Virus record (IMG/VR): IMGVR_UViG_3300048920_000114
Span: 7,769 to 71,768 of that record
Length of the DNA: 64,000 nucleotides
Source of the DNA: a virus
Lineage: Duplodnaviria > Caudoviricetes
Direction: 5' to 3' (one strand)
Below are positions 41,432 through 51,100 of the stretch, in pieces; the stretch's first letter is position 1, and the number at the start of each line of letters is the position of its first letter. The notes under the pieces are model-generated. The model ran no database searches, was not told the DNA's origin, and saw nothing but the letters and a program-made list of their open reading frames with translations. Position numbers and translations under genes: made by a program.

Positions 41432-43327
41432 ATGCCCGTAGTTGAAGGACAGACTCAGACGCAAACGCCGTCGAGCATGATCGCGTTGAAGGACCTGCAC
41501 CCCGCCCGCGGCACGATCTACGACGTGCGCAAGGCCGGCAACGGCGACATCACCGAACTGAAAGCTTCGATCAAGTCGATCGGCATCCTGATCCCGCTCG
41601 CCGTCAAGAAGGCAGACGACGCGAGGCTGATCGTCGTCGCTGGAAACCGCCGCCTCGCCGCGCTGAAGGAGTTGTATCCGCCAGATTACAAGGTGCCGAC
41701 CGTCTCGGCCGACGCGTTCAGCGGCGACACCCGGGTCCTCGCGATGGCGACGAACATCGCCCTGCCTCAGCACCCGATGGACCGGTACGAGATCATCGCC
41801 GCGCTCGTGAAGGAGGGCATGACGCCCGCCGAGGCGCAAGAGCGGTTCGCGCTGTCGGACAAGGTCTTCCGCCAGACGATGCGGCTCGGCGCCCTGTCGC
41901 CCAAGATCCGCGACGCCTACCGCGACGGCGAGATCGACGGCGACACCGCGCGCGCGTTCGCGCTGACCGACGACGCCCGCACCCAGGAGAAGCTGTTCGG
42001 CCAGCTCAAGAAAAGCTCTCACATGGGCCGGTTCAACGCCCACGCCGTCACGAGCAAGCTGGGCGGCAGCACCGAGGTCGGCAAGCTGGTGACCTTCGTC
42101 GGCGTCGAGACGGTCGCCGCGGCCGGCATCCTGAAGATCGAGGATCTGTTCGGCTCGAACCACGACGTCACCGACGCGGGCAAGCTGCACAAGATGGCCC
42201 AGGACAGGATCAACGCCGAGATCGGCGTCCTGACCACGGCGGGCACGCCGAGCGGCGGCTGGGGATGGGCGGCGCACGAGGAGGACCTCGGACAGGACCG
42301 CTACTACTACGGACGAGAGAACCCGGCCAGCACCGGGAAGCCGACGGCGGAGGAAAAGGCTGAACTCGCCAAGATCGTCGACGCCCTGAGCAACGCCCCG
42401 GAGGACGAGGACGACTGGTCCGCCGAGCAACACGACATGCACTGGCGCCACGGCTACCTGGAGACGCTGATCAAGAACCGGGGCTACACCGCAGAGCAGA
42501 AGGCGAGGTCGGGCTGCATCCTGGCGATCGACTACAACGGGAACCTGAAGATCGACTACGCTCGCACGAAGCCGCGCGCGCCGAGCAAGACCGTCTCGCC
42601 CGGTAAGGAGGCCGGGTCCGCGAAGAAGGACGTCGCGAAGAAGCCCGGAGAGGTCGCAGTGATCAGCAACAAGCTCGCCGAGCGCATGTCGACGTCGCTG
42701 CAGAACGCCGTCGCCGCCGCGCTCGAGCACGACCCTCGGTTGGCGGCCGCTGCGATGATCGCGGCGTTCGCCAGCGGCGGCCACGTCCTGAACGTCCGGG
42801 CCGGGGGAGGGTCGACGGGAACCGCCGAAGACTTCGTCGGCGTGTTCGAGGGCACGAAGAACGCCAGCGCGAACGAGCTTCTGTCGATGCTGATGAAGGT
42901 CGCCCAGCAGGCGGTCAACATCGTCACGCAGAACTCGCTGCGCGTGCCGATCGAGGACGAGGCCCTGTCCGCTCTGCTCGCGGCCATGAAGCCGAGCGTG
43001 GTCAACAGCAAGATCGTCGCTCACTTCGACTACACCGACTACTTCAACTCGGTCAGCGTGGCCGGGATCTCCGACGCGGTCAGGACCGCGCAGGGCGACA
43101 AGCCCGCCGACACCGTGGCGAAGATGGCGAAGAAGAACGCCGTCGACTACGCGGTGCAGCACGTCCCGGCGACGAACTGGCTCCCGAAGGAGATGCGGTC
43201 GGTCCATTACGACGGCCCGGTCGAGCCCGCCCCGGCGCCGAAGAAGACCGCGGCAAAGAAGGCGTCCGCGCCGAAGAAACCCGCGAAAAAGGCGGCCAAG
43301 AAGGTCGCGAAGAAGAAGACCAAGTAG
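41432..43327 (+). CDS. Large ParB/RepB/Spo0J-family protein with a Lys/Ala-rich tail
   Basis: LKASIKSIGILIPL...VVAGNRRLAAL...HPMD...HTH; C-terminus PKKTAAKKASAPKKPAKKAAKK. Confidence 0.85.
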   Translation: MPVVEGQTQTQTPSSMIALKDLHPARGTIYDVRKAGNGDITELKASIKSIGILIPLAVKKADDARLIVVAGNRRLAALKELYPPDYKVPTVSADAFSGDTRVLAMATNIALPQHPMDRYEIIAALVKEGMTPAEAQERFALSDKVFRQTMRLGALSPKIRDAYRDGEIDGDTARAFALTDDARTQEKLFGQLKKSSHMGRFNAHAVTSKLGGSTEVGKLVTFVGVETVAAAGILKIEDLFGSNHDVTDAGKLHKMAQDRINAEIGVLTTAGTPSGGWGWAAHEEDLGQDRYYYGRENPASTGKPTAEEKAELAKIVDALSNAPEDEDDWSAEQHDMHWRHGYLETLIKNRGYTAEQKARSGCILAIDYNGNLKIDYARTKPRAPSKTVSPGKEAGSAKKDVAKKPGEVAVISNKLAERMSTSLQNAVAAALEHDPRLAAAAMIAAFASGGHVLNVRAGGGSTGTAEDFVGVFEGTKNASANELLSMLMKVAQQAVNIVTQNSLRVPIEDEALSALLAAMKPSVVNSKIVAHFDYTDYFNSVSVAGISDAVRTAQGDKPADTVAKMAKKNAVDYAVQHVPATNWLPKEMRSVHYDGPVEPAPAPKKTAAKKASAPKKPAKKAAKKVAKKKTK

Positions 43328-43393
43328 ACAGCGCCGGGGCGGCGTGGCATGCGTCGCCCCGGTCACCATCCATTCACCTGACGGAGGAACGTC

Positions 43394-44014
43394 GTGGTTT
43401 TCAAGTCTCCCCTGCAATGGCCGCAAGGCTACCCGAAGACGCCCAGCCGCAAGGTCGCCATGTTCAGCGCCCGTCGCGACAACGGCGGCGTGCGCAGCCT
43501 GAACATGACCGAGGCCACGAAGCGCCTGCGCGAGGAGCTCGCCCGCCACGGCGTGCGCGACCACGAGGTCGACGTCGTCATCTCGACGAACATGAAGGTC
43601 GGCGTCAGCGGGTTGCCGCGCGCCGATCAGGGCGAGCCCGGAGATCCCGGCGTGTCGGTCTATTGGGAGGCGAACGGCAAGTCGCGCAACATGGCGATCG
43701 ACATCTACACCCGGGTCGCGGACAACATCGCCGCCGTCGCGGCCACCCTCGAGGCCATGCGCGCGATCGAGCGCCACGGCGGCAAGGCGATCCAGGACAA
43801 GGCGTTCGCAGGGTTCGACGCGCTGCCGGCGCCGGACGGCTGGCGACAGATACTCGGCCTTGGTGAAGACCCTCGCGGGATCACCAAAGAGACCATCGTG
43901 AACCACTTCAAGGCGCGCGCAGCCGAGGTCAACGATCACCGTGGAATGCCGACCGACATGGGCGCGCTGGTCAAGGCTCGCGACGAAGCCCTCGCATACG
44001 TTCGCGGCGAGTAG
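43394..44014 (+). CDS. Conserved phage protein with a degenerate C-terminal J-domain
   Basis: PLQWPQG...ISTN...DPGVSVYW...AFAGFDALP...WRQILG; no HPD motif. Confidence 0.7.
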   Translation: MVFKSPLQWPQGYPKTPSRKVAMFSARRDNGGVRSLNMTEATKRLREELARHGVRDHEVDVVISTNMKVGVSGLPRADQGEPGDPGVSVYWEANGKSRNMAIDIYTRVADNIAAVAATLEAMRAIERHGGKAIQDKAFAGFDALPAPDGWRQILGLGEDPRGITKETIVNHFKARAAEVNDHRGMPTDMGALVKARDEALAYVRGE

Positions 44015-44120
44015 AGATCGGGCCTGCCGCGTCGGAGTCGTCCTCCGTCGCCGGCGCGCTGTCCCGAGGGAGGCCAGGACGGGAGATCTGGCCTCCCACC
44101 TTTTTCACGAGGAGCCACAC

Positions 44121-44360
44121 ATGTTAGGCCACACCGACACGAAGACGATCAACCAGCGCCGGCCGCTGACGACGAACATGAAACTCCTGCTTGCGGATCT
44201 GTTGCGCGACAGGACGATCCGGAAGAACCAGCTCGACCAGTCGGACGCGAACGTGATGCGGGCGCTCATGGACCGCGGTTACGCCACCTGGGACGTCTCG
44301 ACGTCCTGCTATTCGATCACGCCAGAAGGTGAAACTGCGCTGACAGGAACGAAGCCATGA
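44121..44360 (+). CDS. Small wHTH-like protein
   Basis: ALMDRGYA...YSITPEG; RBS gagga. Confidence 0.55.
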   Translation: MLGHTDTKTINQRRPLTTNMKLLLADLLRDRTIRKNQLDQSDANVMRALMDRGYATWDVSTSCYSITPEGETALTGTKP

Positions 44361-44557
44361 CCATCAAGCAAAGCGTCGGAAAGTTCGTCGTCCACTGCGA
44401 CGAGTGTCCCGAGGACATCGAGACCGAGGAATCAGACTTCGACGCCGCGCGCGCGATGGCCGCCGAGGCCGGGTGGCGGACCTTCCGAGGCCCCGACGGA
44501 AAATGGGCCAACTCGTGCCCGGCCTGCGTCGAGACGTTCAAACACCGCAAAAAGTGA
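44357..44557 (+). CDS. Small zinc-finger protein
   Basis: CDEC...AGW...CPAC. Confidence 0.7.
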   Translation: MTIKQSVGKFVVHCDECPEDIETEESDFDAARAMAAEAGWRTFRGPDGKWANSCPACVETFKHRKK

Positions 44558-44596
44558 GTTCACCCCGGCCCGAGGGCCACAACGAAGGAAGACCCC

Positions 44597-44872
44597 ATGA
44601 AGACACTTAAACCGACGCTCGCCGCAACCGCGATCGCCCTGTTCCTGACCTCCCCCGCGCTCGCGCAGAAGGGGCCCGAGACCTACACGCTGAACATGAC
44701 GCCCGCGGAGGTCAACGCCGTCGGCATCGCGCTGATGCAGCGCCCCTACAGCGAGGTGGCGGAGCTGATGAACAAGCTGAACGATCAGGTCAAGAAGCAG
44801 AACGATGCGGCCGGCGCGAAGGCCGAGCCGGCGAAGCCCCCGGCGCCGACGACGCCACCCGCCAAGAAGTGA
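44597..44872 (+). CDS. Small secreted protein
   Basis: Signal peptide MKTLKPTLAATAIALFLTSPALA. Confidence 0.7.
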   Translation: MKTLKPTLAATAIALFLTSPALAQKGPETYTLNMTPAEVNAVGIALMQRPYSEVAELMNKLNDQVKKQNDAAGAKAEPAKPPAPTTPPAKK

Positions 44873-44888
44873 GATCCGACCGATGACG

Positions 44889-44918
44889 AAGCCGCCCCTG
44901 ACCGGGCGGCTTTTTTTT
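44889..44918. terminator. Terminator between the convergent early and late operons
   Basis: aagccgccc-ctgacc-gggcggctttttttt. Confidence 0.85.
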
Positions 44919-44921
44919 CGT

Positions 44922-45416
44922 TCAGACGGGGACCTTGCCCTGCAGCACGAAGGCTAGGACCAGGCCGGCGAACACCAGTGCGGCGATGCTGATCCCTATG
45001 TTAATCCACCGCTTCGGAGGAACCCTGTCGTTCAGGCCTCCCGGCGCCGCCAGATGAAAGACAGCGGCGATGACGCTGGTGAACAGCGCGTAGCTGACGA
45101 TGTCGGACTCGAGCAGCCACTCCGGCTTGCCGAGGATGCGCCACACCATCGACCACGTCCTGATCACCACGATCGAGAAACCGCCGCAGAAGATCCCGAG
45201 CGCGAGGATGTCCGCCCTGTCGAGCGGTCGATCGTCGAGGAGGATGACGACGACGGGCGGGTAGTAGGCGACGCACACGCCCACCCACAGCGCCACCAGC
45301 GCGAAGTTCAGGACCACGATCAGTTGCGCTGCCTCGGTCAGATACGCGATGGCGGCGAAGACGAGGTTGGGGATGATGAAAAGCCAGACGAACCGCGTCT
45401 TCATCAGCTTGGACAT
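44922..45416 (-). CDS. Multi-pass membrane protein (lysis-cassette associated)
   Basis: About five hydrophobic helices. Confidence 0.75.
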   Translation of the reverse strand: MSKLMKTRFVWLFIIPNLVFAAIAYLTEAAQLIVVLNFALVALWVGVCVAYYPPVVVILLDDRPLDRADILALGIFCGGFSIVVIRTWSMVWRILGKPEWLLESDIVSYALFTSVIAAVFHLAAPGGLNDRVPPKRWINIGISIAALVFAGLVLAFVLQGKVPV

Positions 45417-45418
45417 TC

Positions 45419-45616
45419 TCAGGTTCGCTCCAGAAGCTGGTCGTACGTTCGGCGCAGGTTCTCCGAGGAACGCTCTATCCGATCGAGGAGGATGCGGCTG
45501 TCGCGCCGCGCGTCGGACGTCGTCTTGTCGACCTCAAGAACCATCGACTCTCGCTCCTCGGCCTCGCGGACGGGGAGGAAGACGATGGCTCGAAGGAACT
45601 TGACCATAGGCGACAT
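45419..45616 (-). CDS. Hypothetical lysis-cassette protein
   Basis: MSPMVKFLRAIVFLP..., TGATG-coupled. Confidence 0.55.
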   Translation of the reverse strand: MSPMVKFLRAIVFLPVREAEERESMVLEVDKTTSDARRDSRILLDRIERSSENLRRTYDQLLERT

Positions 45617-45888
45617 CAAACCGCCTTCTCGTCGTGGAGGTACCGTTTCAGCCGCTCGTTCGTGACCGCCAACTGCGCGTCCGCGGCCACCACCACCCCG
45701 TGGACCTTCACCAGGGCGTCCGCGCAGGCCCGAGCCGTCGCTCCGTTGTCGACGCCCTCCTGGATACGCTTCTCCTGGATCGTGTCGTAACGAAGGAAAA
45801 GCCATCGGATCACGTATCCAGATATCACCAAAAGGCCCCAAGGCCCGTACTTCGACAGCATCCCGGCGACGCCGACCATCTCGTCCAT
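45616..45888 (-). CDS. Holin-like single-TM protein
   Basis: YGPWGLLVISGYVIRWLF TM followed by a coiled region; lysis context. Confidence 0.5.
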   Translation of the reverse strand: MDEMVGVAGMLSKYGPWGLLVISGYVIRWLFLRYDTIQEKRIQEGVDNGATARACADALVKVHGVVVAADAQLAVTNERLKRYLHDEKAV

Positions 45889-45906
45889 GATCGGCCTCCG
45901 CCGTGT

Positions 45907-46239
45907 TCACGCCTGGGGCTTGTCAGCCGCGGCGGCGTCCTCGGCGAGAGCGGCAGCGGCCGCGTCGTCGAAGTCTTTGTCCAGGATTTTCTCGGCTTCC
46001 TCGAGCGCGTCTAGTTGCGCCATGTGCGTCGAGGGGTCGGACTTCAGGGCCATGATGATGTTCTGCGTGATAGGTTTCAGGCCCTTGTACTGCTGCGCCA
46101 CCAGCGGAGCGGCTTCCGTGACGAATTCAACGGCCTTGCCGATGAACGTGGTCTTGCTGTCGCCGATCAGCTTCGAGAGCGACGGCAGCGCGGCCTGCAG
46201 GAGGGCGAGGGCGCCGGTTAGGATGGTTTCCGTGTTCAA
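45907..46239 (-). CDS. Hypothetical amphipathic lysis-cassette protein
   Basis: ORF track; context. Confidence 0.6.
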   Translation of the reverse strand: MNTETILTGALALLQAALPSLSKLIGDSKTTFIGKAVEFVTEAAPLVAQQYKGLKPITQNIIMALKSDPSTHMAQLDALEEAEKILDKDFDDAAAAALAEDAAAADKPQA

Positions 46240-46673
46240 GGCTTCGCTCCTGCGGTTGCGGCAATGTAGGTCGCCATCATCGCCTGAATGGTCGTCACCG
46301 ACTGCGTCAGGGCGCTGTAGAGACCAGTTTTACCGAGCGAGCCGGGATGGTCTCGCATGAACTTCTGAAGATCGTCTCGCGCGACACGGCCCGCCTTAAT
46401 CATGGCGATGATCGACGGAGTGACCGCCGGGTCTCGACAGATCGGACCGTTGTCACCGGTACAACGCTTGAGACGGAGATAGTTCGTCGCGGTGACCTGC
46501 ACCGCGTCGAAAGAGTTGCTGGCGATCAGCACCATCTCGGGGGAGACGCTGAGATCCTCGACCGCGGCCGAGGCCGTGCTGATGAACTGCGTCGCTTCGA
46601 CCAGCTTCGCGCAGCCGCCGAGAGACAGACCGATCGCGAGGACCGCGACCGCGAACCTATGGTTGAACCTCAA
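46236..46673 (-). CDS. Lipoprotein (o-spanin candidate)
   Basis: TTG start after RBS aggagga; lipobox LSLGG-C. Confidence 0.65.
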   Translation of the reverse strand: MRFNHRFAVAVLAIGLSLGGCAKLVEATQFISTASAAVEDLSVSPEMVLIASNSFDAVQVTATNYLRLKRCTGDNGPICRDPAVTPSIIAMIKAGRVARDDLQKFMRDHPGSLGKTGLYSALTQSVTTIQAMMATYIAATAGAKP

Positions 46674-47176
46674 TTTTCCATTCCTCCTGTTTTGACGACC
46701 TGTTCGCTCTTGGTGGCATCGACCAGGCTCTGGTCGGTGACTCGGATCGGCTCGACGACCTCCGGGATCGCGGCCGTCGCGTCCAGCAGCGCGGCCTTCG
46801 TGACCTGGGAGACGTCCAGCACCGCGCCAGTGGCGCCGGCCGGGTTCGCGACGATGGTCGCCGTGGCGTTGAGAAGCGCGACCTTCGCGCTGTCGCTCTG
46901 CGCGTTCTGAGGGTTGCTGGCGATGTCGGTGACCGCGCCGATCTGGTTGGTCGGGCTGGCCGCGATGACGCCGCGCGTGGCGAGATAGAACGCGTAGATC
47001 GCGCTGATCGTCGGGACGACGGTGTTGACCGTGTCGCCGAGCTGCGTGATCAGGCCCATGACCTTCTGAAGGTCGAAGCCCTTGTTCTGAAGACCGAAGA
47101 TCGTGAAGGCGGTTCCGACAGCGACGCCCGCGTAGCGCGTGGCGGTGTCGACCTGCTTCTTCGTGGGGAGCCACAT
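46670..47176 (-). CDS. Membrane protein (holin or i-spanin candidate)
   Basis: N-terminal hydrophobic segments; follows the endolysin. Confidence 0.6.
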   Translation of the reverse strand: MWLPTKKQVDTATRYAGVAVGTAFTIFGLQNKGFDLQKVMGLITQLGDTVNTVVPTISAIYAFYLATRGVIAASPTNQIGAVTDIASNPQNAQSDSAKVALLNATATIVANPAGATGAVLDVSQVTKAALLDATAAIPEVVEPIRVTDQSLVDATKSEQVVKTGGMEN

Positions 47177-47253
47177 GGGCCGGTCTCCGGTTGATGCTCG
47201 AAAGGGCGTAGCACCAACCGGAACGTGCGCGCATCAAAAAAGTGGGTTCCGAG

Positions 47254-48093
47254 CTATGCTTCCTGCGAGGAGACCTTGCCCGTGCTGGTGATGATGGGAA
47301 GGTGCGACAGGCCGATCTTGTCCGGGAGCGGAACGCCGGCAGGCCACCAGTAGCCTTTGTTCAGACGCGAGACCGCGAACGGCGCGATGGTCACGGCGTC
47401 GGACTGGTTGCCGCCGAGGCCCATGATGTTGCCGCGCTGATCCTTGCCAGCGACGATGGTGATGTGGCCGCCGCCGTCGCGCAGCATCGGGGCGAACGCG
47501 CCGACCGCTGGTCCCGAGATCTGCACGGCGGGCCATGAGTGGCCGACCCGCTTCTGCATGAGCTCCGGGTTGAAGTCGAGCGCCCACAGCGTCTCCGGTC
47601 CTTCGAGCCCGACCTTCGTCAGGACGTGGTTCCCGAACAAGGCGCACCAAGCGATTGAATCATGCGTGTAGGACTTGGCGATATCGCCGCCCTCGTCCTT
47701 CGCCCAATCGATGATGACCGGGTTGTCCTTGGCGCCGGCGAACTCCTTCGTGCCGACCAGCGCGAGGCCGGCCTGAAGCCACAGCGGCCGCTGGATCTGC
47801 GCGACGGGGACCGAGATGTGGTCGGAGATGTCGATCACCGCGCCGGTCGACCCCCGGATCTTGCTCACGGCGACGTCGATCGCGCGCGCGGTGTTCTTGC
47901 CCACGACCCCATCGACCATCAGGCCGGCGACGCGCTGGAAGTCGCGCACCGCCGTGTTCGTCGCGGTCAGGAAGTTGCCGGTGCCGGACAGCTTGTAGCC
48001 GATCGCCCGGAGACCGAGCTGGAAGGCTTGGACGACCGGACCCGAAGATCCTTGGCGATACAGCTTGTCGCCAACTAGGGTTTCAATGGTCAT
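47254..48093 (-). CDS. Endolysin: peptidoglycan-binding domain plus TIGR02594/NlpC-P60-like catalytic domain
   Basis: GPVVQAFQLGL...VRDFQRVAGLMVDGVVG; AWCALF...GGHIT...GGNQSDAV. Confidence 0.88.
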   Translation of the reverse strand: MTIETLVGDKLYRQGSSGPVVQAFQLGLRAIGYKLSGTGNFLTATNTAVRDFQRVAGLMVDGVVGKNTARAIDVAVSKIRGSTGAVIDISDHISVPVAQIQRPLWLQAGLALVGTKEFAGAKDNPVIIDWAKDEGGDIAKSYTHDSIAWCALFGNHVLTKVGLEGPETLWALDFNPELMQKRVGHSWPAVQISGPAVGAFAPMLRDGGGHITIVAGKDQRGNIMGLGGNQSDAVTIAPFAVSRLNKGYWWPAGVPLPDKIGLSHLPIITSTGKVSSQEA

Positions 48094-48105
48094 GATATGA
48101 TCCTG

Positions 48106-51100
48106 TCACTGGATGCGAACGGCGCTGATCACGCTGTCCGAGCCGATGCCTGTTTGACTTGCCTTGATCACCCCGGTCGACGTCGAAGCGTTTCGACAGG
48201 ATATCCTTAGGTTTCCTGCGGGAGACGTGACGACAGAGCTCAATGCTACCGTGTTCGGTAGATTGCCAGCAACGTTGGAAGACAGTGCTGCGCCAGAAGC
48301 GTAGGTGTTCGTCCCATCCCACAGCTTGCACTGAAGGCCTGCAGTGATCGCTGTCGTGTCCGTCACCATGACCTGACCCGTGACGATCCACGTTCCCACC
48401 GTTCCTTGCGCGATCGTGGGTCCATCGGCGAAGTTGTTGACGGTGCCCATCGCTACATCGCTGCCGAGAACCGTTCTGAAAGAAGTCAGACCAGAGGACA
48501 CCGAGTTAGCAGACTGGCTCAGACCGTATCCGAGACCAACGACGCCGCTCGCCCCGCCGATGTTCGCAACGCCCGCGTTGCCGCCCGTGATGTTCGGGCC
48601 GTTTCGGGTGTCGGTCCAACCGAAGGTGTTGAGGTACATAGACCCGCTGGTGGAATCCATGGTGAAGTAGACTTGGCGGGCCGTGTCCGTAATGACGGAG
48701 CCTTGGCTCCATCCTTGCTGCCCACTGACGCTGACGACGCCGGCTTGGATCACGTTGATGGCGCTTCCAATTGCTCCCAAGCTGTTCAGTCCCGGCGTGT
48801 AGACGTAGACACGCGATACGGTCGCAGCGCCTGCTATGAGGCCGAGCGAGATGTTCGCTTTCACTGCGACGCCCGGAGGAACCGTCAGGGTGGCGGTCTG
48901 GACCGCGGTCGTCCCGCTGAAGTTGTTGACGTCGGTGACCGACGCATCCCATTGGAAGTCGTTTCCGGTCTGAAGAAACTTGGTCCACTGACCAGAACCG
49001 TTCGTCTTCATCGACCCCACGCGCCGCTGCATCGTGTAGGCGGACGGAATGTTCGTCGCGGTCGAGCAGCCGGCGACGTTCGTGGTGATGCACGAGTCGA
49101 CGACGCCGGTGTCCGGACGCTGGATGACGAACGCGTGGTACCACGTCGAGTTCGCGATGGTGCCGCTGTCAAGGCCGCCCGCAGCGGTGCCGACTGCCCA
49201 CGCCCCCGTCGTCTTCGAGATCGCGTTCGACAGCACGATGAAACCGGCGTTCAGGTTGTCGGTCGCGCTGCCCGTGCTCAGGCTGTAGGTGGTCGAGCTT
49301 CCGGCCGTCGAGAGAGTGTATCCGGAGATGTAGTTCTGCAGCACGTTGGCGGAGGGCGCTGTGGCCGTAGCACCGGCGCCAGCGGGACCGCCGAAAGTTT
49401 CGGTCCATCCGTTGGAGACGAAAATGATCAGATCAGCGGTGGCGCCCACGCGGGCACGAATTTGCGCCGATGCGTTGGTTACGACGTCCGCTTTGTACGA
49501 GACAATGTTGTTGGCGGCTGTTGATCCTTGAGCCGTGAGGGCTGTCGCGCTTGGCGCAACATCGGCTTGCGCCAGCGACGACATGTACATGACATTGGTG
49601 GTCACCAATGTTCCGTAGCTACCCGAGAGATTAGCCTCTACGACGACCCCTGTTGGGATTCCGGGTAGCGTGACCGTGACGGCAGAGGTCGAACCGACCG
49701 GATTCATCGTCAGACCGAACGGAGTGACCCAGGAGAACTTGTTGCCGTTCTGAACGAACGCCGTCCACTGGCTAGAACCGTTAGTCAGCATCGATCCGAT
49801 GCGTCGGAACTGCGTGTAGGCAGTCGGGATGTTCGCGCCCGTGACGCAGCCTGCGGCCGTCGTCGACGTGCAGACGTCCGTAGCCCCCGTGTCGGGCCGA
49901 CGCATGATGAAGACGTGGTACCAAGTGTTGATGGCGATGGTGCCGGTGTCGAGAGATCCCGCAGCGCTTCCGAGCGCCCATGCGCCCGTGGTCTTGGTGT
50001 AGGCCGTGGCCAGCTGCATGAACGCGACGTTGCCGCTGTCCACCGCCGAACCCGTGGTGATCCCGAAGGTCGTGCTGCTGCCGGCCGTCGACAGCGTGAG
50101 CCCGCTCTTGAAGCCGGGGAACACCGTAGGATCTACGTTGAGCGTTCCGCTCGTCGTGATCGGCCCGCCCGTGAGGCCCTGACCCGGCGTGGTGTTGACG
50201 AGGCTGATCCCGCCGCCACCACCGCCGCCTCCTGTCGCGAGCGTTGTCCACTTCGAGACGCCGTCGGACAGCGCGACGAGCCCACCGAACTGCGTGGTGA
50301 TCGGTGCGACCGTGGTCCCGTTGATCGTGTCGCCGCCCGAGCGGGCGACCGTCACGGTGTTGGCGCCGTTGATGGCGCCGGCCTGGTCGACGATGGTCAG
50401 GGACTGGCCGGGGTTTACCGAGGACGCGAGCGGGAGCGTGAACGTGCGGACCGCGGTCAGCGTCGTCGTCGTTCCGACCGTGCGGGTCGTGGCGGCGATG
50501 GTCAGGTTCGCGTCGCCGACCGTCGTCATCTGGTCGATGTTCAGCAGCGCGGGGAGGCGCGCGTTCGCGCCCGTGATGTCGACCGGCGACGCCGTGCTGC
50601 CGGTGTTGTTGGCGAGCAGGCGGTTCGCGCCGATCGGGGCGATCTGGTTCAGCGCGACCGTTCCGGACAGCTCGGAGAACAACGGGACCGACACGGTCAG
50701 CGCGGCGCCCGCCGAGGCTTGCTTGACGAACTGGCCGGTGCCGCCCGTCGCGGAGAAGTTGGTGGTCCCGGACGGGAACGTGATCGTGCTCGTCCCGCAC
50801 ACCGCGGCGCAGTTGACCGTCAGGCCGCCCGAGGTCGAGCCGAGGACCTGGAAGCCTCCCGAGATGAACTGCTGCACCGCCTGCCACTGCTGGGCGACGT
50901 CGAGGCCGGCCAGCGTGTGCGTTCCTGCAGGCAGGGTCGAGTTCGTGACTCCGGTCGAGGTTAGGGTGGTGGCGAACGCGCCGGCCTGGGTGAACGGTCC
51001 CGCCGTCGACAAGGCGCCCGTGATCGAGACCGTGCTCGACGCTGAGAAGTTGCCGCCGACCGTGATGGTGCGGGCGCCGTTGTTGACGCCGGTCCCGCCG

